From: a virus
Reading direction: 5' to 3' (one strand)
DNA length: 54,387 nucleotides
IMG/VR virus record: IMGVR_UViG_3300010273_000001
Span: 1-54,387 of that record
Made by a program: the position numbers and the translations under genes. Within the stretch, counting starts at the first letter, position 1. Every line of letters begins with the position of its first letter. A model generated the notes under the pieces. It did no database searches and was not told the DNA's origin. It saw nothing but the letters and a program-made list of their open reading frames with translations. Positions 41,673 to 50,541 of this stretch are shown here, piece after piece.

Positions 41673-41960
41673 TTAAAGAATATAATTCTGAATAAATTTC
41701 CTCGTTTCTTCTTCTCCGTTGAGTAAGAAATATTTCCCCCCGGCAACTTTAATTCGTGTTCCCCAACTTTCTTGCAGATTGGAGCGTTTGTAATTGGTTT
41801 CATTTTTGAATTCGACATAATAAATTTCTCCTCTCTCTGTGTTGAATACCATCCTGTCCGGGAATCCCCGGGCAATCATTTCGGTTTTCGGACATTTAAA
41901 GCCTTTTTTATTACACGCCCGAACAAGCATTGCCTCTACATTTTTCTCAAGAAGTTTCAT
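41673..41960 (-). CDS. VRR-NUC family nuclease
   Basis: PD-(D/E)xK pattern GFPDRMVF...YYVEFK in a 95-aa protein. ATGA overlap with the upstream gene. Confidence 0.7.
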   Translation of the reverse strand: MKLLEKNVEAMLVRACNKKGFKCPKTEMIARGFPDRMVFNTERGEIYYVEFKNETNYKRSNLQESWGTRIKVAGGKYFLLNGEEETRKFIQNYIL

Positions 41961-42517
41961 TTGCCCCTTTTCTTCCTCCTTCTATAATAATATCTCTGTC
42001 GGCGGAAAAGCCCATTGATTTCTTTTCGGACTTTTGCCGCCAACGATAAATTGATGTAATCAGTTTTGTTGTCTGCAAAACTCTCTATAATTTCCAAATC
42101 ATAACTGCAAACAAAACGATGCACTTGGTTGTCGATCACAACGAATAACTCGAAATTATCAGTTTTGAAATCGAAATAAACTCCGGCGCGTGGAAATTTT
42201 TTTTCGATTTTCTCCTTGAAATTCTTCAATGCAACGATGCTAGCCCCCCGCTGTCTTATCCGGTCATATTTGTTGATATTAGCATTGACTTTATAAACCG
42301 AAAACATACCGGTATCCTCGATCAAAAAGAAATCCTCGTGGAAGAATGAAAGAATTTCTTGTAATTCTTCTTCAGTATCGGCCCCGGTCATGTAAATATC
42401 CCCGGTGGCTAAATCATCTTTAGTCAAATTATAGAAATATTCTATTGCTTCCGAAGGACGTAATTTTTTGTAATGTTCTTTTGTCGTTTTTTTCATCTTT
42501 TTAATTATGTAAATCAT
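41957..42517 (-). CDS. hypothetical protein (186 aa)
   Basis: SD AAAGGTGG precedes the ATG at 42517. Basic C-terminal tail. Confidence 0.6.
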   Translation of the reverse strand: MIYIIKKMKKTTKEHYKKLRPSEAIEYFYNLTKDDLATGDIYMTGADTEEELQEILSFFHEDFFLIEDTGMFSVYKVNANINKYDRIRQRGASIVALKNFKEKIEKKFPRAGVYFDFKTDNFELFVVIDNQVHRFVCSYDLEIIESFADNKTDYINLSLAAKVRKEINGLFRRQRYYYRRRKKRGK

Positions 42518-42528
42518 ACCTACCACCT

Positions 42529-45087
42529 TTAAAACGGCAAATCGTCCGAATTTTCTTTTTTCTTTCTTATAAGCAATTGATGCCCGAAAACTCCAAAGCG
42601 TCTTTGTTCTTTTGTGATTTCCCAACCGAGATTTTTCAAAGCCTGCTCAATCAATTCTCGATGATAACGGTTAATAGTCAAATCTTTTTGCCCGAGGGCT
42701 ACTTGCCAGAGTTCTTTCATGCAAACCTTATCTACCGGCTCAAGGCTTGCCCCCTTCCAAGTCATGTCGGTGCATTTGTTTATATCAAAATTATAATTTT
42801 TAAGATAGAATAGCATATCCTCAACTTGCATGGAATACCAACTTTTCGGGCGTTCCATATTGAGGTAATTACTTAAAGCACCATAGAAATCGTTCTCGGC
42901 AAGATTTTCTTCATTCGCTCTTTCCCAATAGAATAATTCTAGATCAGACCATTGGAAAATGTCAAATCCGTTTTTATAAAGATGAATCGCTTCAGCAATC
43001 AATTGGTCTTTATAATATTGTGTAAACTCACTGCCCGGCTTAATATAACATTCTTGTTTTTTTAATGGGCTTTCGATTACCATAAACCGGCGATTCCCGG
43101 TGCGGTCTCGAAGCGGTCTTGACTCGTTCGTTGTTCCGCCAAAGACAACCCGCCGACGAATTTCAACATTTCTTCTTCCATAAGAACGGCGGAATTTATC
43201 CTCGGTCTTATCAACGAAAGCTTTAATACTTTCTTGTTCGGACATATTCATCCCGGCAAGTTCTTTCCACTCGTAAATCCAAATCCCTTCCAACTGTTCA
43301 TAACTATCCTTTGCGCGGTTGAAATCAATTTTAGTGTCGGAATAAAGATGTTCTTCCGGTTTATTGAAATCAATTGTCGCTAGGCGTTTGAAAAATAAGG
43401 ATTTACCGATTCCTTGTTCCCCTTTAAGAACAAGCACCAAATCCATTGGCGAACCGGCTTTATAAATTCGGGAAACCGCCCCCACAAGCCAATGTTTTAA
43501 AGCAGCTCGGGTAAAAGGATTCAAAGGGACTTTAAAAAAGTCATGGAAAAAGAATTCCAACCGTTCTTTCCCGTCCCATTGCAAACTTTCAAAGTATTCC
43601 AAAACTTTGTTTTTCTGAATTTTATCCGCTTCAACGACAACCGCATCTTCGATTACTCGATCCCCCTTTATACCATAGACTTTATCAAGATAGGCGCGGA
43701 TATGGGACATATCCCGGTCAGTTATGGCATCTCCTACATTAAATTCCTTGCGCCAGAACGGTTTTCGTAGAAAACAAATATTATCCCGAAAAGTATCATA
43801 ATAGAGCAAATTTTTAAGATTTGAATCATATTCAAAGATGACGGCTAATTTTGCATACGCGCTTTTTACTCCTTCAAGTTTTACTATCCATTTTGTATCC
43901 TCTTCCAAAGGAGTTTCTGCTTGAGATTTCTGATCCCCGAAAAATTCCTCTATATATTTTTGTTCTTGTTCCAGCCTTTGAACAAGTTCTATACTGTTAT
44001 CGGTATTAGCGACAACTTCAGGGAGTGTTCGGCAGAATTCTACCATTTTAAGAAAACTCTCCGTTTTTTCATATACTCCTTGTTCTATATATCTTTCCGG
44101 AGTAAATTTGTTATCAAATTTCCCGAATTTATGAATCCTTACCAAATCGAAAGCACTGCGATAGAAAAGGTTGGCTGGGTCTGTTCCATGATGAGAATAA
44201 AAAAGCGTATCGTTGTTTAAAATAATACCGCCGCCTTTGCTGGTTCCATCCAGATAAGTGTATCTGCCATTCCTCTCCTTTTTATACACATCTGATAAGA
44301 ATTTTTCTATCGCTTGTGAAACGCTGTATGTTCGATTGAATGCGCCAACCATCCCTTTCGCTTTTAGGGGATTTTTATTTGCTAGCACGTTTTTTCCGAT
44401 GCGTTCTTGATCGATTTTTTCTGGCGTGAACCATTCGAAAATATCATTTTTATCGAGATATTCGTTTAAAATTTCGTCAACATCAATAATTTTTTGTTGT
44501 TCGGCAAAAATATCGACATTTAAGAGTTCGCAAATATATTCGCCATCAGCCGACACTGATGGAAAGAACATTAACCTATTTGCTTGAAAGGTTGTTTCGT
44601 CGAATAGCCCCCGAAACGGCTCCCCGGTAGGCGGGTTTTCGATTTTATAGGCTAACCGCCTACCGAGTGCTTCGTATTCATCCGCATTAACTGGTCTTGA
44701 CAGGGGGGCAATAATTCTAAATCGATTTTCCTGTGGCGAATGGCTGTGCGTTGAATGAACCAAGCAGAAGAAATCAATATTTTTTTGCAAATAGGGGAAA
44801 ACGTTAGGGAATTTCGTGTCAATATCAAGGGTAAGCAAATGGCGCATTATCTTAACTCCGGCAATTCGCCTATTCCCTTCGGTTTCTCCGCCGATAAATC
44901 CTCCAACATCTTTGATAGTAGCTTTTGTCTGTTTGTCGGCGTTCATATACTCGGCATATTTTTCTTTAGTTCTTTTTACCTTGTGTTTGAATCCGAAATA
45001 AATATCCTCAAAAGTTCTTTCCATTAAAGTTCCGGTTGTCTGATAGCGATTTTTAAATACGGTAATTTTATATTTCGGACTTCCCAT
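42529..45087 (-). CDS. primase-helicase (AEP prim-pol-like N-terminus plus VirE/D5-like P-loop NTPase)
   Basis: LTLDIDTKF and VHSTHSHSP (AEP-like), plus P-loop LKGEQGIGKS. SD GGGGGAGAA precedes the ATG at 45087. Confidence 0.8.
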   Translation of the reverse strand: MGSPKYKITVFKNRYQTTGTLMERTFEDIYFGFKHKVKRTKEKYAEYMNADKQTKATIKDVGGFIGGETEGNRRIAGVKIMRHLLTLDIDTKFPNVFPYLQKNIDFFCLVHSTHSHSPQENRFRIIAPLSRPVNADEYEALGRRLAYKIENPPTGEPFRGLFDETTFQANRLMFFPSVSADGEYICELLNVDIFAEQQKIIDVDEILNEYLDKNDIFEWFTPEKIDQERIGKNVLANKNPLKAKGMVGAFNRTYSVSQAIEKFLSDVYKKERNGRYTYLDGTSKGGGIILNNDTLFYSHHGTDPANLFYRSAFDLVRIHKFGKFDNKFTPERYIEQGVYEKTESFLKMVEFCRTLPEVVANTDNSIELVQRLEQEQKYIEEFFGDQKSQAETPLEEDTKWIVKLEGVKSAYAKLAVIFEYDSNLKNLLYYDTFRDNICFLRKPFWRKEFNVGDAITDRDMSHIRAYLDKVYGIKGDRVIEDAVVVEADKIQKNKVLEYFESLQWDGKERLEFFFHDFFKVPLNPFTRAALKHWLVGAVSRIYKAGSPMDLVLVLKGEQGIGKSLFFKRLATIDFNKPEEHLYSDTKIDFNRAKDSYEQLEGIWIYEWKELAGMNMSEQESIKAFVDKTEDKFRRSYGRRNVEIRRRVVFGGTTNESRPLRDRTGNRRFMVIESPLKKQECYIKPGSEFTQYYKDQLIAEAIHLYKNGFDIFQWSDLELFYWERANEENLAENDFYGALSNYLNMERPKSWYSMQVEDMLFYLKNYNFDINKCTDMTWKGASLEPVDKVCMKELWQVALGQKDLTINRYHRELIEQALKNLGWEITKEQRRFGVFGHQLLIRKKKENSDDLPF

Positions 45088-45748
45088 ATTTCTCCCCCAA
45101 TATCCATTTCGCCCTAGCAATGCAAGTGTCTTTTATTGCACAATATGCACAGGCTTTTTCGCTCGGATTATAGGTGAGTCTGTTTTGCCGAATATCGTCG
45201 AATACTTTTTCTTTTTCGATGAAGAAATCCAGAATGTTTTCGGGGGTTGTATTAATTGTGCGCATTTTGCCTTTTTGATGTATTGACAATCTAATATTTT
45301 GTATATCGGGATATTCCAATACTACATAAGCCCCGTAAAATAAAAGCTGTTCGTTATCTTCTTCATCGACTTCCTTTCTACCCGTTTTGAGATCAATAAT
45401 GCTTGCGGTGTCGCGACCAATAAGTAAAGCATCTATTACCAAATGAATATCGAAATCGTAAATAGTCATTTTTTGCTTTTGCTCTGTAAATATTTTGGTG
45501 GCAAGTATTTCGTTATATTCGCGCCAAACAGAATTTACATAACTTTCTACAATAAATATTTCGTAATCATTTATTTTATTATTGATTTCAAATTCGCGGG
45601 TATCTTCATTCCGCAACCTTTTTTCCGCAAACTCGTGCAGTAATTTTCCTCGTATGGTCGCGGCGTTTTCGACAAAAGGCACATCGTGCATTAAAGAAGC
45701 AGTGCAATTTAGAAATCTATGTGCCTTGCTGGGCGACAAATTATACAT
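45068..45748 (-). CDS. Cas4/RecB-like PD-(D/E)xK exonuclease (DUF2800-like)
   Basis: N-terminal SPSKAHRFLNC, IIDLKTGRK, and C-terminal CAYCAIKDTC cysteine cluster. SD AAGGAGGAGAG precedes the ATG at 45748. Confidence 0.75.
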   Translation of the reverse strand: MYNLSPSKAHRFLNCTASLMHDVPFVENAATIRGKLLHEFAEKRLRNEDTREFEINNKINDYEIFIVESYVNSVWREYNEILATKIFTEQKQKMTIYDFDIHLVIDALLIGRDTASIIDLKTGRKEVDEEDNEQLLFYGAYVVLEYPDIQNIRLSIHQKGKMRTINTTPENILDFFIEKEKVFDDIRQNRLTYNPSEKACAYCAIKDTCIARAKWILGEKYGKSEI

Positions 45749-45777
45749 ACTCTCCTCCTTTTCCTGCAAAAACGGCA

Positions 45778-46734
45778 TTATTGAATTGCTAAATAAATCT
45801 TTTCAATCTGCTGTGGGTTGAGTTTATGCAACTCGAATGTTCCGAATTCGGCGCATATGCTTTTAATTTTTTCTCTTTTTTCATTATTGCCCCCGATCCA
45901 AGCAATTTTAATAGCCTCGACCATCATTTTCAGCCGAGCCGGATCGGTCGGTTCGTCCTTTTCGTTAGTTTCAAGCGTTTCTTTAACATTCTCCGATGCA
46001 GACGGAGTTACAGGAGTTTCAATCGGATTTTCCGACGGCTTTTCAACAGGAATTACCGGTGTTACCTTGATTTCAACAGGAGCAACTGTTTCTTCGGTAG
46101 TTTCTTCGTCCGGCTTTTCCGATGTTTTAGACACAACCGTTTCGACAACGATATCTTCAACTTTTTGGGGGGCAACCGGTTTCTGAACAGGCTTTGTCTG
46201 TTCGACTAATTTTTTCGCTTTATCGAGACCTTTCGGTGTCTTGTCGTCTTCTTCGAATTGTGTGTCATAGTTTTCAAACCATTTATAACCGATGCCGCTC
46301 ACGATAGCAATGGCTTTAACTTTCGCGCGTTGGAAAGCACGGTTGAGATCGTTTTGAGTCCAAGAAGCCAATGGTCTCCCGTTCGAATCTTGAAGCGGAT
46401 ACCGTTCAACATGACGCCGCCCCTTCCATTCCGCGGCAACATTGATGAAAAAAGAATAACTGTATCTGATAGAAACTTCTCCGGTAACAGGGTCGACTTC
46501 ATGGCGAGCATAACATTTGTCGACCTCGACAACCGTTTCGTCCGTTGCTCTCAGCAATTCAATCTTACCGTCTTGCAATTGGAAAATTCTTTCCACAACT
46601 GCCCAAGGCAAATAAAACGCATCTTTTTTTGCCCCGAAATCCAAAGTTCGAGTGAATTTTTCTAGGCCTTCGCATTCTCCTTGATTGTTGTAATTCTTCA
46701 GCCAAAGGTCTTTCCAATTTTGAGTATTTTCCAT
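45778..46734 (-). CDS. Rad52/Sak-like single-strand annealing protein (DUF1071-like) with a P/E/V-rich linker
   Basis: YLPWAVVERIF and NRAFQRAKVKAIAIVSGIGYKWFE resemble the Sak/DUF1071 pattern (from memory). Lies between the exonuclease and SSB genes. Confidence 0.55.
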   Translation of the reverse strand: MENTQNWKDLWLKNYNNQGECEGLEKFTRTLDFGAKKDAFYLPWAVVERIFQLQDGKIELLRATDETVVEVDKCYARHEVDPVTGEVSIRYSYSFFINVAAEWKGRRHVERYPLQDSNGRPLASWTQNDLNRAFQRAKVKAIAIVSGIGYKWFENYDTQFEEDDKTPKGLDKAKKLVEQTKPVQKPVAPQKVEDIVVETVVSKTSEKPDEETTEETVAPVEIKVTPVIPVEKPSENPIETPVTPSASENVKETLETNEKDEPTDPARLKMMVEAIKIAWIGGNNEKREKIKSICAEFGTFELHKLNPQQIEKIYLAIQ

Positions 46735-46749
46735 TATATAACCTCCTTT

Positions 46750-47067
46750 TTACTCTACTACCCTTATGCTTTCCTTCGCCACTTTTATTTCGACATTGTC
46801 CGGATTGGACAGAATAAGTTTTTGTGTTTCAGCATCGAATTCTTGCAGCTTTTTAAAGCGTTCTTCGACAACTGTAACCGAATATCCTAATTGCTGGAGA
46901 AGTTTATAAGTTTCTTCTTTAATGGTTATGGTCTTGCGTCCAGCATAAATTTTAATGCGCTTGTCGTCTCTATGGTTTTGCAAAATCAGAGTTTCAAGCG
47001 CAGCCAACTGTTCTTCTATTTCTGATTTTTGTTTACGCAATTCAAGATAGCGACCTACAACATCCAT
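46750..47067 (-). CDS. hypothetical coiled-coil protein (105 aa)
   Basis: SD ATGGAGG upstream of the ATG. Confidence 0.6.
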   Translation of the reverse strand: MDVVGRYLELRKQKSEIEEQLAALETLILQNHRDDKRIKIYAGRKTITIKEETYKLLQQLGYSVTVVEERFKKLQEFDAETQKLILSNPDNVEIKVAKESIRVVE

Positions 47068-47228
47068 TTAAATAAAACCTCCATAATAAAATTTTTTTGA
47101 ATAACCGAACCCTCCGACAGTTATTCCTGGAACCCCCATTGTTTGCAAGCAGAGCGCACAGAAAGGAGAATGTGCAGAGAAACCGCCCGTGTTCCATTCC
47201 CGGCATACAAAAGACTGCGTTTAAAAGT

Positions 47229-47726
47229 TTAAAACGGAAAATCTTCATTTGAGAGGTCAACGAAGTCATCAAAGAGTTCATTATGATATTTGGTGACTGG
47301 GCGTTTGCGCGATGCTACTGCTCGAGGTATGAGCAAGAAAATCCCTTCATCTTTTGTTTTGGACAAATGAACCTCAAGACTGTAAATATAATCAGCAATT
47401 TCTTCGGGGGGAATGGTTTCTGTCGTCAGACCTTTGTAAAACTTGACAAAATTGGAAACACGGAGAGAGACGCCATACTGTTCATCTTCCTCCCACTTGG
47501 GATAATTTCCGTAGAAAATCGAATTTTCACGGGGGCGAAGTAATTGAGACGCCTGCCAGAGCAAAGATTTTGCCTCTTCGGGCTTTTCAAACTTGAACGA
47601 TCCAAAATAACGCTTACTTTTTCCATCATAATACGGCTCAACAAGATGTTTGCTATTTACGCAATAAGCGTCATCCAAACGAAGAACTACTTTGCCTTCT
47701 TGTTCGTAATGTAAAATTTTTGCCAT
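47229..47726 (-). CDS. ssb: single-stranded DNA-binding protein (candidate)
   Basis: C-terminal acidic tip ...DLSNEDFPF resembles the SSB DDDIPF tail. Sits in the recombination module. SD AAGGAGG. Confidence 0.55.
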   Translation of the reverse strand: MAKILHYEQEGKVVLRLDDAYCVNSKHLVEPYYDGKSKRYFGSFKFEKPEEAKSLLWQASQLLRPRENSIFYGNYPKWEEDEQYGVSLRVSNFVKFYKGLTTETIPPEEIADYIYSLEVHLSKTKDEGIFLLIPRAVASRKRPVTKYHNELFDDFVDLSNEDFPF

Positions 47727-47764
47727 TTAATAAACCTCCTTTTTTTAATTTTCTCGGCAATTAT

Positions 47765-47793
47765 ATTTTACTATAATTTTTAAGACAAGTCAA
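47765..47793 (-). promoter_or_regulatory. promoter TTGACT-17-TAAAAT for the replication/recombination block
   Basis: On the minus strand, TTGACT is at 47793..47788 and TAAAAT at 47770..47765. The spacer contains GTCTTAAAAA. Confidence 0.5.
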
Positions 47794-47838
47794 GCACAAT
47801 TTTAAAGTTTTTTTAAAAAAGTATTTTGAGCCTAAAAT

Positions 47839-47901
47839 TTGCGTTATATTGCGGGCAAGGGAAGGGAATACAAAGATATCCACTCCCCCCTCTAAACGCA
47901 A
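47839..47901 (-). terminator. long imperfect hairpin after the lipoprotein gene (terminator candidate)
   Basis: UUGCGUU/AACGCAA closing stem around a purine-rich/pyrimidine-rich pairing, followed by AUUUU. Confidence 0.35.
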
Positions 47902-48004
47902 TAGACAAGAAAAGAGACGGGGAATTATTTATTTTCTTTCCAATTCGCCTATTATTTGGTTGTCATTTATTTTCACTCTCCTTTTCTTTAAACAGAAACA
48001 TCCA

Positions 48005-48337
48005 CTATTTAATCACCCCCTCCGGGATTGGTAATTTATCTTTTTCTTTAATCTCAACAACTGTGCCAATAGGAAATTGTTCCTCAAAACTTTTCGTAAA
48101 CAAACCGGTTTTTGGATAAACTCTAACCATAAAACCATCTCCATTCTCTACATCAAAAATTAAATAATATTCGGTTTGAAGTTCCCCATCAACCAAAACT
48201 TTTTTGGTATAATGCCCATCAATTTCTGCATAGATTGTTTTTTCTTCTTGTGCTTTACAACCAAACAATAAAAATGTCGAAATCAAAATCAAAAACATAA
48301 AACACAATAAAAGATTTACTGTTTTTTTCAACTTCAT
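48005..48337 (-). CDS. putative lipoprotein (110 aa)
   Basis: Signal peptide MKLKKTVNLLLCFMFLILISTFLLFGC with a lipobox-like LFGC. ATGA overlap with the upstream gene. Confidence 0.55.
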   Translation of the reverse strand: MKLKKTVNLLLCFMFLILISTFLLFGCKAQEEKTIYAEIDGHYTKKVLVDGELQTEYYLIFDVENGDGFMVRVYPKTGLFTKSFEEQFPIGTVVEIKEKDKLPIPEGVIK

Positions 48338-48618
48338 TCTCCTTTCTTTTTATCAATAATTATTTTTATTTTGCAATAAATGTCAGCGATTTCTTCCGCT
48401 ATAAGTTCAAGGTCTTCAAGTTCTGTGGGCTTTTCGTCGAGTATTATTAACATCAAAGAGGCAATACGCAACCTGCATGCTTGCGCTTGAGATGTATTCC
48501 CTTCTTTTGTTGCTACTTCATTACTTACTTCAATAATTTCCTTTATGCCTACTTTTTCAGCCCTTTCTATAATAGCCAAATCAGCCTGAGTCATATTAAC
48601 CAAATTCAAAATTCTCAC
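48334..48618 (-). CDS. hypothetical protein (94 aa), paralog of 3266..3607
   Basis: GTG start after SD AAAGGAGAA. The C-terminus is similar to 3266..3607. Confidence 0.55.
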   Translation of the reverse strand: MRILNLVNMTQADLAIIERAEKVGIKEIIEVSNEVATKEGNTSQAQACRLRIASLMLIILDEKPTELEDLELIAEEIADIYCKIKIIIDKKKGE

Positions 48619-48683
48619 TCTTTTTTTCTCCTTTTAAAAGTTTATTTTTAATGCCGGCTCTGGTGCGGTTTAGCCACAACTCA

Positions 48684-49217
48684 TTACTGCAACGCATCTA
48701 GTCTTGCATTGATTTCATTTAAAGCTTTTTCTAGGGCATCTTCCAGATCGTCAAAAGCATTAGCTATATCTTCAAGATCTTCGATGCGCTCAACCAAACT
48801 CGGAATATAATCGTAAACATCGCTGTCATAAAGTTTTTTTATTTCTTCCCACCGGTTCGCTAAACGGTTCATTCTTTCGTTATATTCCACAAGAGTGATT
48901 GCACCTGTCGCTAGATCATGCTGTGCTTCTAAAACAGGTTCATAGATAGTAAGTATTTGTTTTGAATATCTTTGCATTTCTGCAATATCAGCATCTTCTA
49001 GGTCAGTAATTCGGTCTTTTAAATCGGAAATAGCAGTCTCAATGGAGTAGAACTTATCGTTTAAATCCGTCTCAAGTTCTTCCATATCTGCTTGATATTG
49101 TTTTTCAAACTTGTTAATTTTGTTATATGCAATCGCACTAAAAACCCAACCACTAACGATTATAACAATAACCATTAGTCCGAAAATATAATTTAATATT
49201 TTGACATTTTTTTTCAT
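48684..49217 (-). CDS. membrane-anchored coiled-coil protein (177 aa)
   Basis: N-terminal TM ILNYIFGLMVIVIIVSGWVFSAIAY. SD GAAGGGAGAG. Confidence 0.6.
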   Translation of the reverse strand: MKKNVKILNYIFGLMVIVIIVSGWVFSAIAYNKINKFEKQYQADMEELETDLNDKFYSIETAISDLKDRITDLEDADIAEMQRYSKQILTIYEPVLEAQHDLATGAITLVEYNERMNRLANRWEEIKKLYDSDVYDYIPSLVERIEDLEDIANAFDDLEDALEKALNEINARLDALQ

Positions 49218-49232
49218 TTACTCACTCTCCCT

Positions 49233-49328
49233 TCATAAGAATTTATCAGCGAAAAATATCACAACAAACAACACTATTGCTAATACTAATCCTAACCACC
49301 AGCCGAGATCGTCTTTGTTGTCTTTCAT
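49233..49328 (-). CDS. tiny single-pass membrane peptide (31 aa; not in ORF track)
   Basis: My translation gives MKDNKDDLGWWLGLVLAIVLFVVIFFADKFL. ATGA overlap with the stop of 49325..49519. Confidence 0.45.
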   Translation of the reverse strand: MKDNKDDLGWWLGLVLAIVLFVVIFFADKFL

Positions 49329-49519
49329 GATGTTTTCTCCCTCAACACAACGACCTCAACTTGCGGTTCCTTTATCTGCTTGCTGATTTTGCAAGCAACA
49401 TCATAGCAATAACCTCTAGCAAATTCTCTGACGCCTGTCCATATCGGACGACCATTAATAAACCCCTTGACATAGATCCTGCTATCCTTTCTGCGGATTG
49501 CAAATTCTAAATTGTTCAT
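49325..49519 (-). CDS. hypothetical protein (64 aa)
   Basis: SD GGGAGAGGAG upstream of the ATG. Confidence 0.55.
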   Translation of the reverse strand: MNNLEFAIRRKDSRIYVKGFINGRPIWTGVREFARGYCYDVACKISKQIKEPQVEVVVLREKTS

Positions 49520-49554
49520 GGCATCACTCCTCTCCCTATTTTTTATTCCGAGTT

Positions 49555-50511
49555 TTAACTAAAATCTAAATAAAACTGATAGTGTGTATTTTTAATCCTT
49601 TTTTGGGCCATTGAAACATATTCAGGGTTTATTTCAATCCCTATCCAATTACGTCCTAATTTTTTTGCTACTACTCCGGTAGTTCCGCTTCCCATAAACG
49701 GATCCAAAACAATTCCGTCTTTCGGGCAACCAGCTTTTATTGGAGTTTCGATAAGCTCCTCAGGGTATACTGCGAAATGTAGCTCACTAAAATTTCTTGT
49801 CGATATAGACCAAACAGAACGTTTATTTCGCATAAGGTCTACGGGTGGTTTATACCTATCATTAAAACCTATATAATCATTTCTCCCAACTAAATCTTGT
49901 TTTCTTCTTCCACTATTTATTTGACCTATAACCCCTTTACTTCCTCTAGGTGGATTAATATCTTCTGTAACCATAGGTTCTTTTTGTTGTTCAAAGTAAT
50001 ATTTTTTATTTTTAGTAAAGAAAAATAGTTTTTCAAAATCAACCGTAAACCGATCTTTAACGCTTTCCGGCATAGCATTCGGCTTATGCCATATAATTTC
50101 GTTTCGAAGAATATAGCCTAGTTCATCGGTCATCATAAGGGCAAACCGAGATGGTATTTGCAACAGACATTTACCAGTATATTTTTTGCTCAATGAAATG
50201 CTTTGACCGTTTCTACCGTTTTTATATTTAGGATCTTTATAGTTTTGCTTATCGCCAGTTCCACCATAGGCATCCCCTAAATTTACCCAACAAGAACCTT
50301 CTGCTTTTAAAACTCTTTTTACTTCCGCAAATATTTCGCATAACTTTTCTAAATATTCTTCTAAAGTATCTTCTCTACCTAATTGATCTTTTACTCCATA
50401 ATCTCTTAATCCCCAATAAGGCGGAGATGTGATTACCATATCAACACTTTCACCAGGGAATGTTTTCAGAATCTCTAAACAATCCCCTTGATAAATATGA
50501 TTAATTTTCAT
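49555..50511 (-). CDS. beta-class DNA methyltransferase (N4-C/N6-A family; SPPY type)
   Basis: Motif IV ITSPPYWGLRDYG near the N-terminus and motif I DPFMGSGTTG near the C-terminus. Confidence 0.85.
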   Translation of the reverse strand: MKINHIYQGDCLEILKTFPGESVDMVITSPPYWGLRDYGVKDQLGREDTLEEYLEKLCEIFAEVKRVLKAEGSCWVNLGDAYGGTGDKQNYKDPKYKNGRNGQSISLSKKYTGKCLLQIPSRFALMMTDELGYILRNEIIWHKPNAMPESVKDRFTVDFEKLFFFTKNKKYYFEQQKEPMVTEDINPPRGSKGVIGQINSGRRKQDLVGRNDYIGFNDRYKPPVDLMRNKRSVWSISTRNFSELHFAVYPEELIETPIKAGCPKDGIVLDPFMGSGTTGVVAKKLGRNWIGIEINPEYVSMAQKRIKNTHYQFYLDFS

Positions 50512-50541
50512 TACATCATCTCCTTCACATTCTCGCTTCTT

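Noticed and set aside
47042-48119. ORFs 47042..47281 (-), 47826..48119 (+) and 47849..48034 (+) covering the two long spacers.
   Set aside because: They have no SD, overlap neighbouring well-supported genes, and have odd composition. The regions are better explained as structured non-coding RNA, terminator or promoter DNA.
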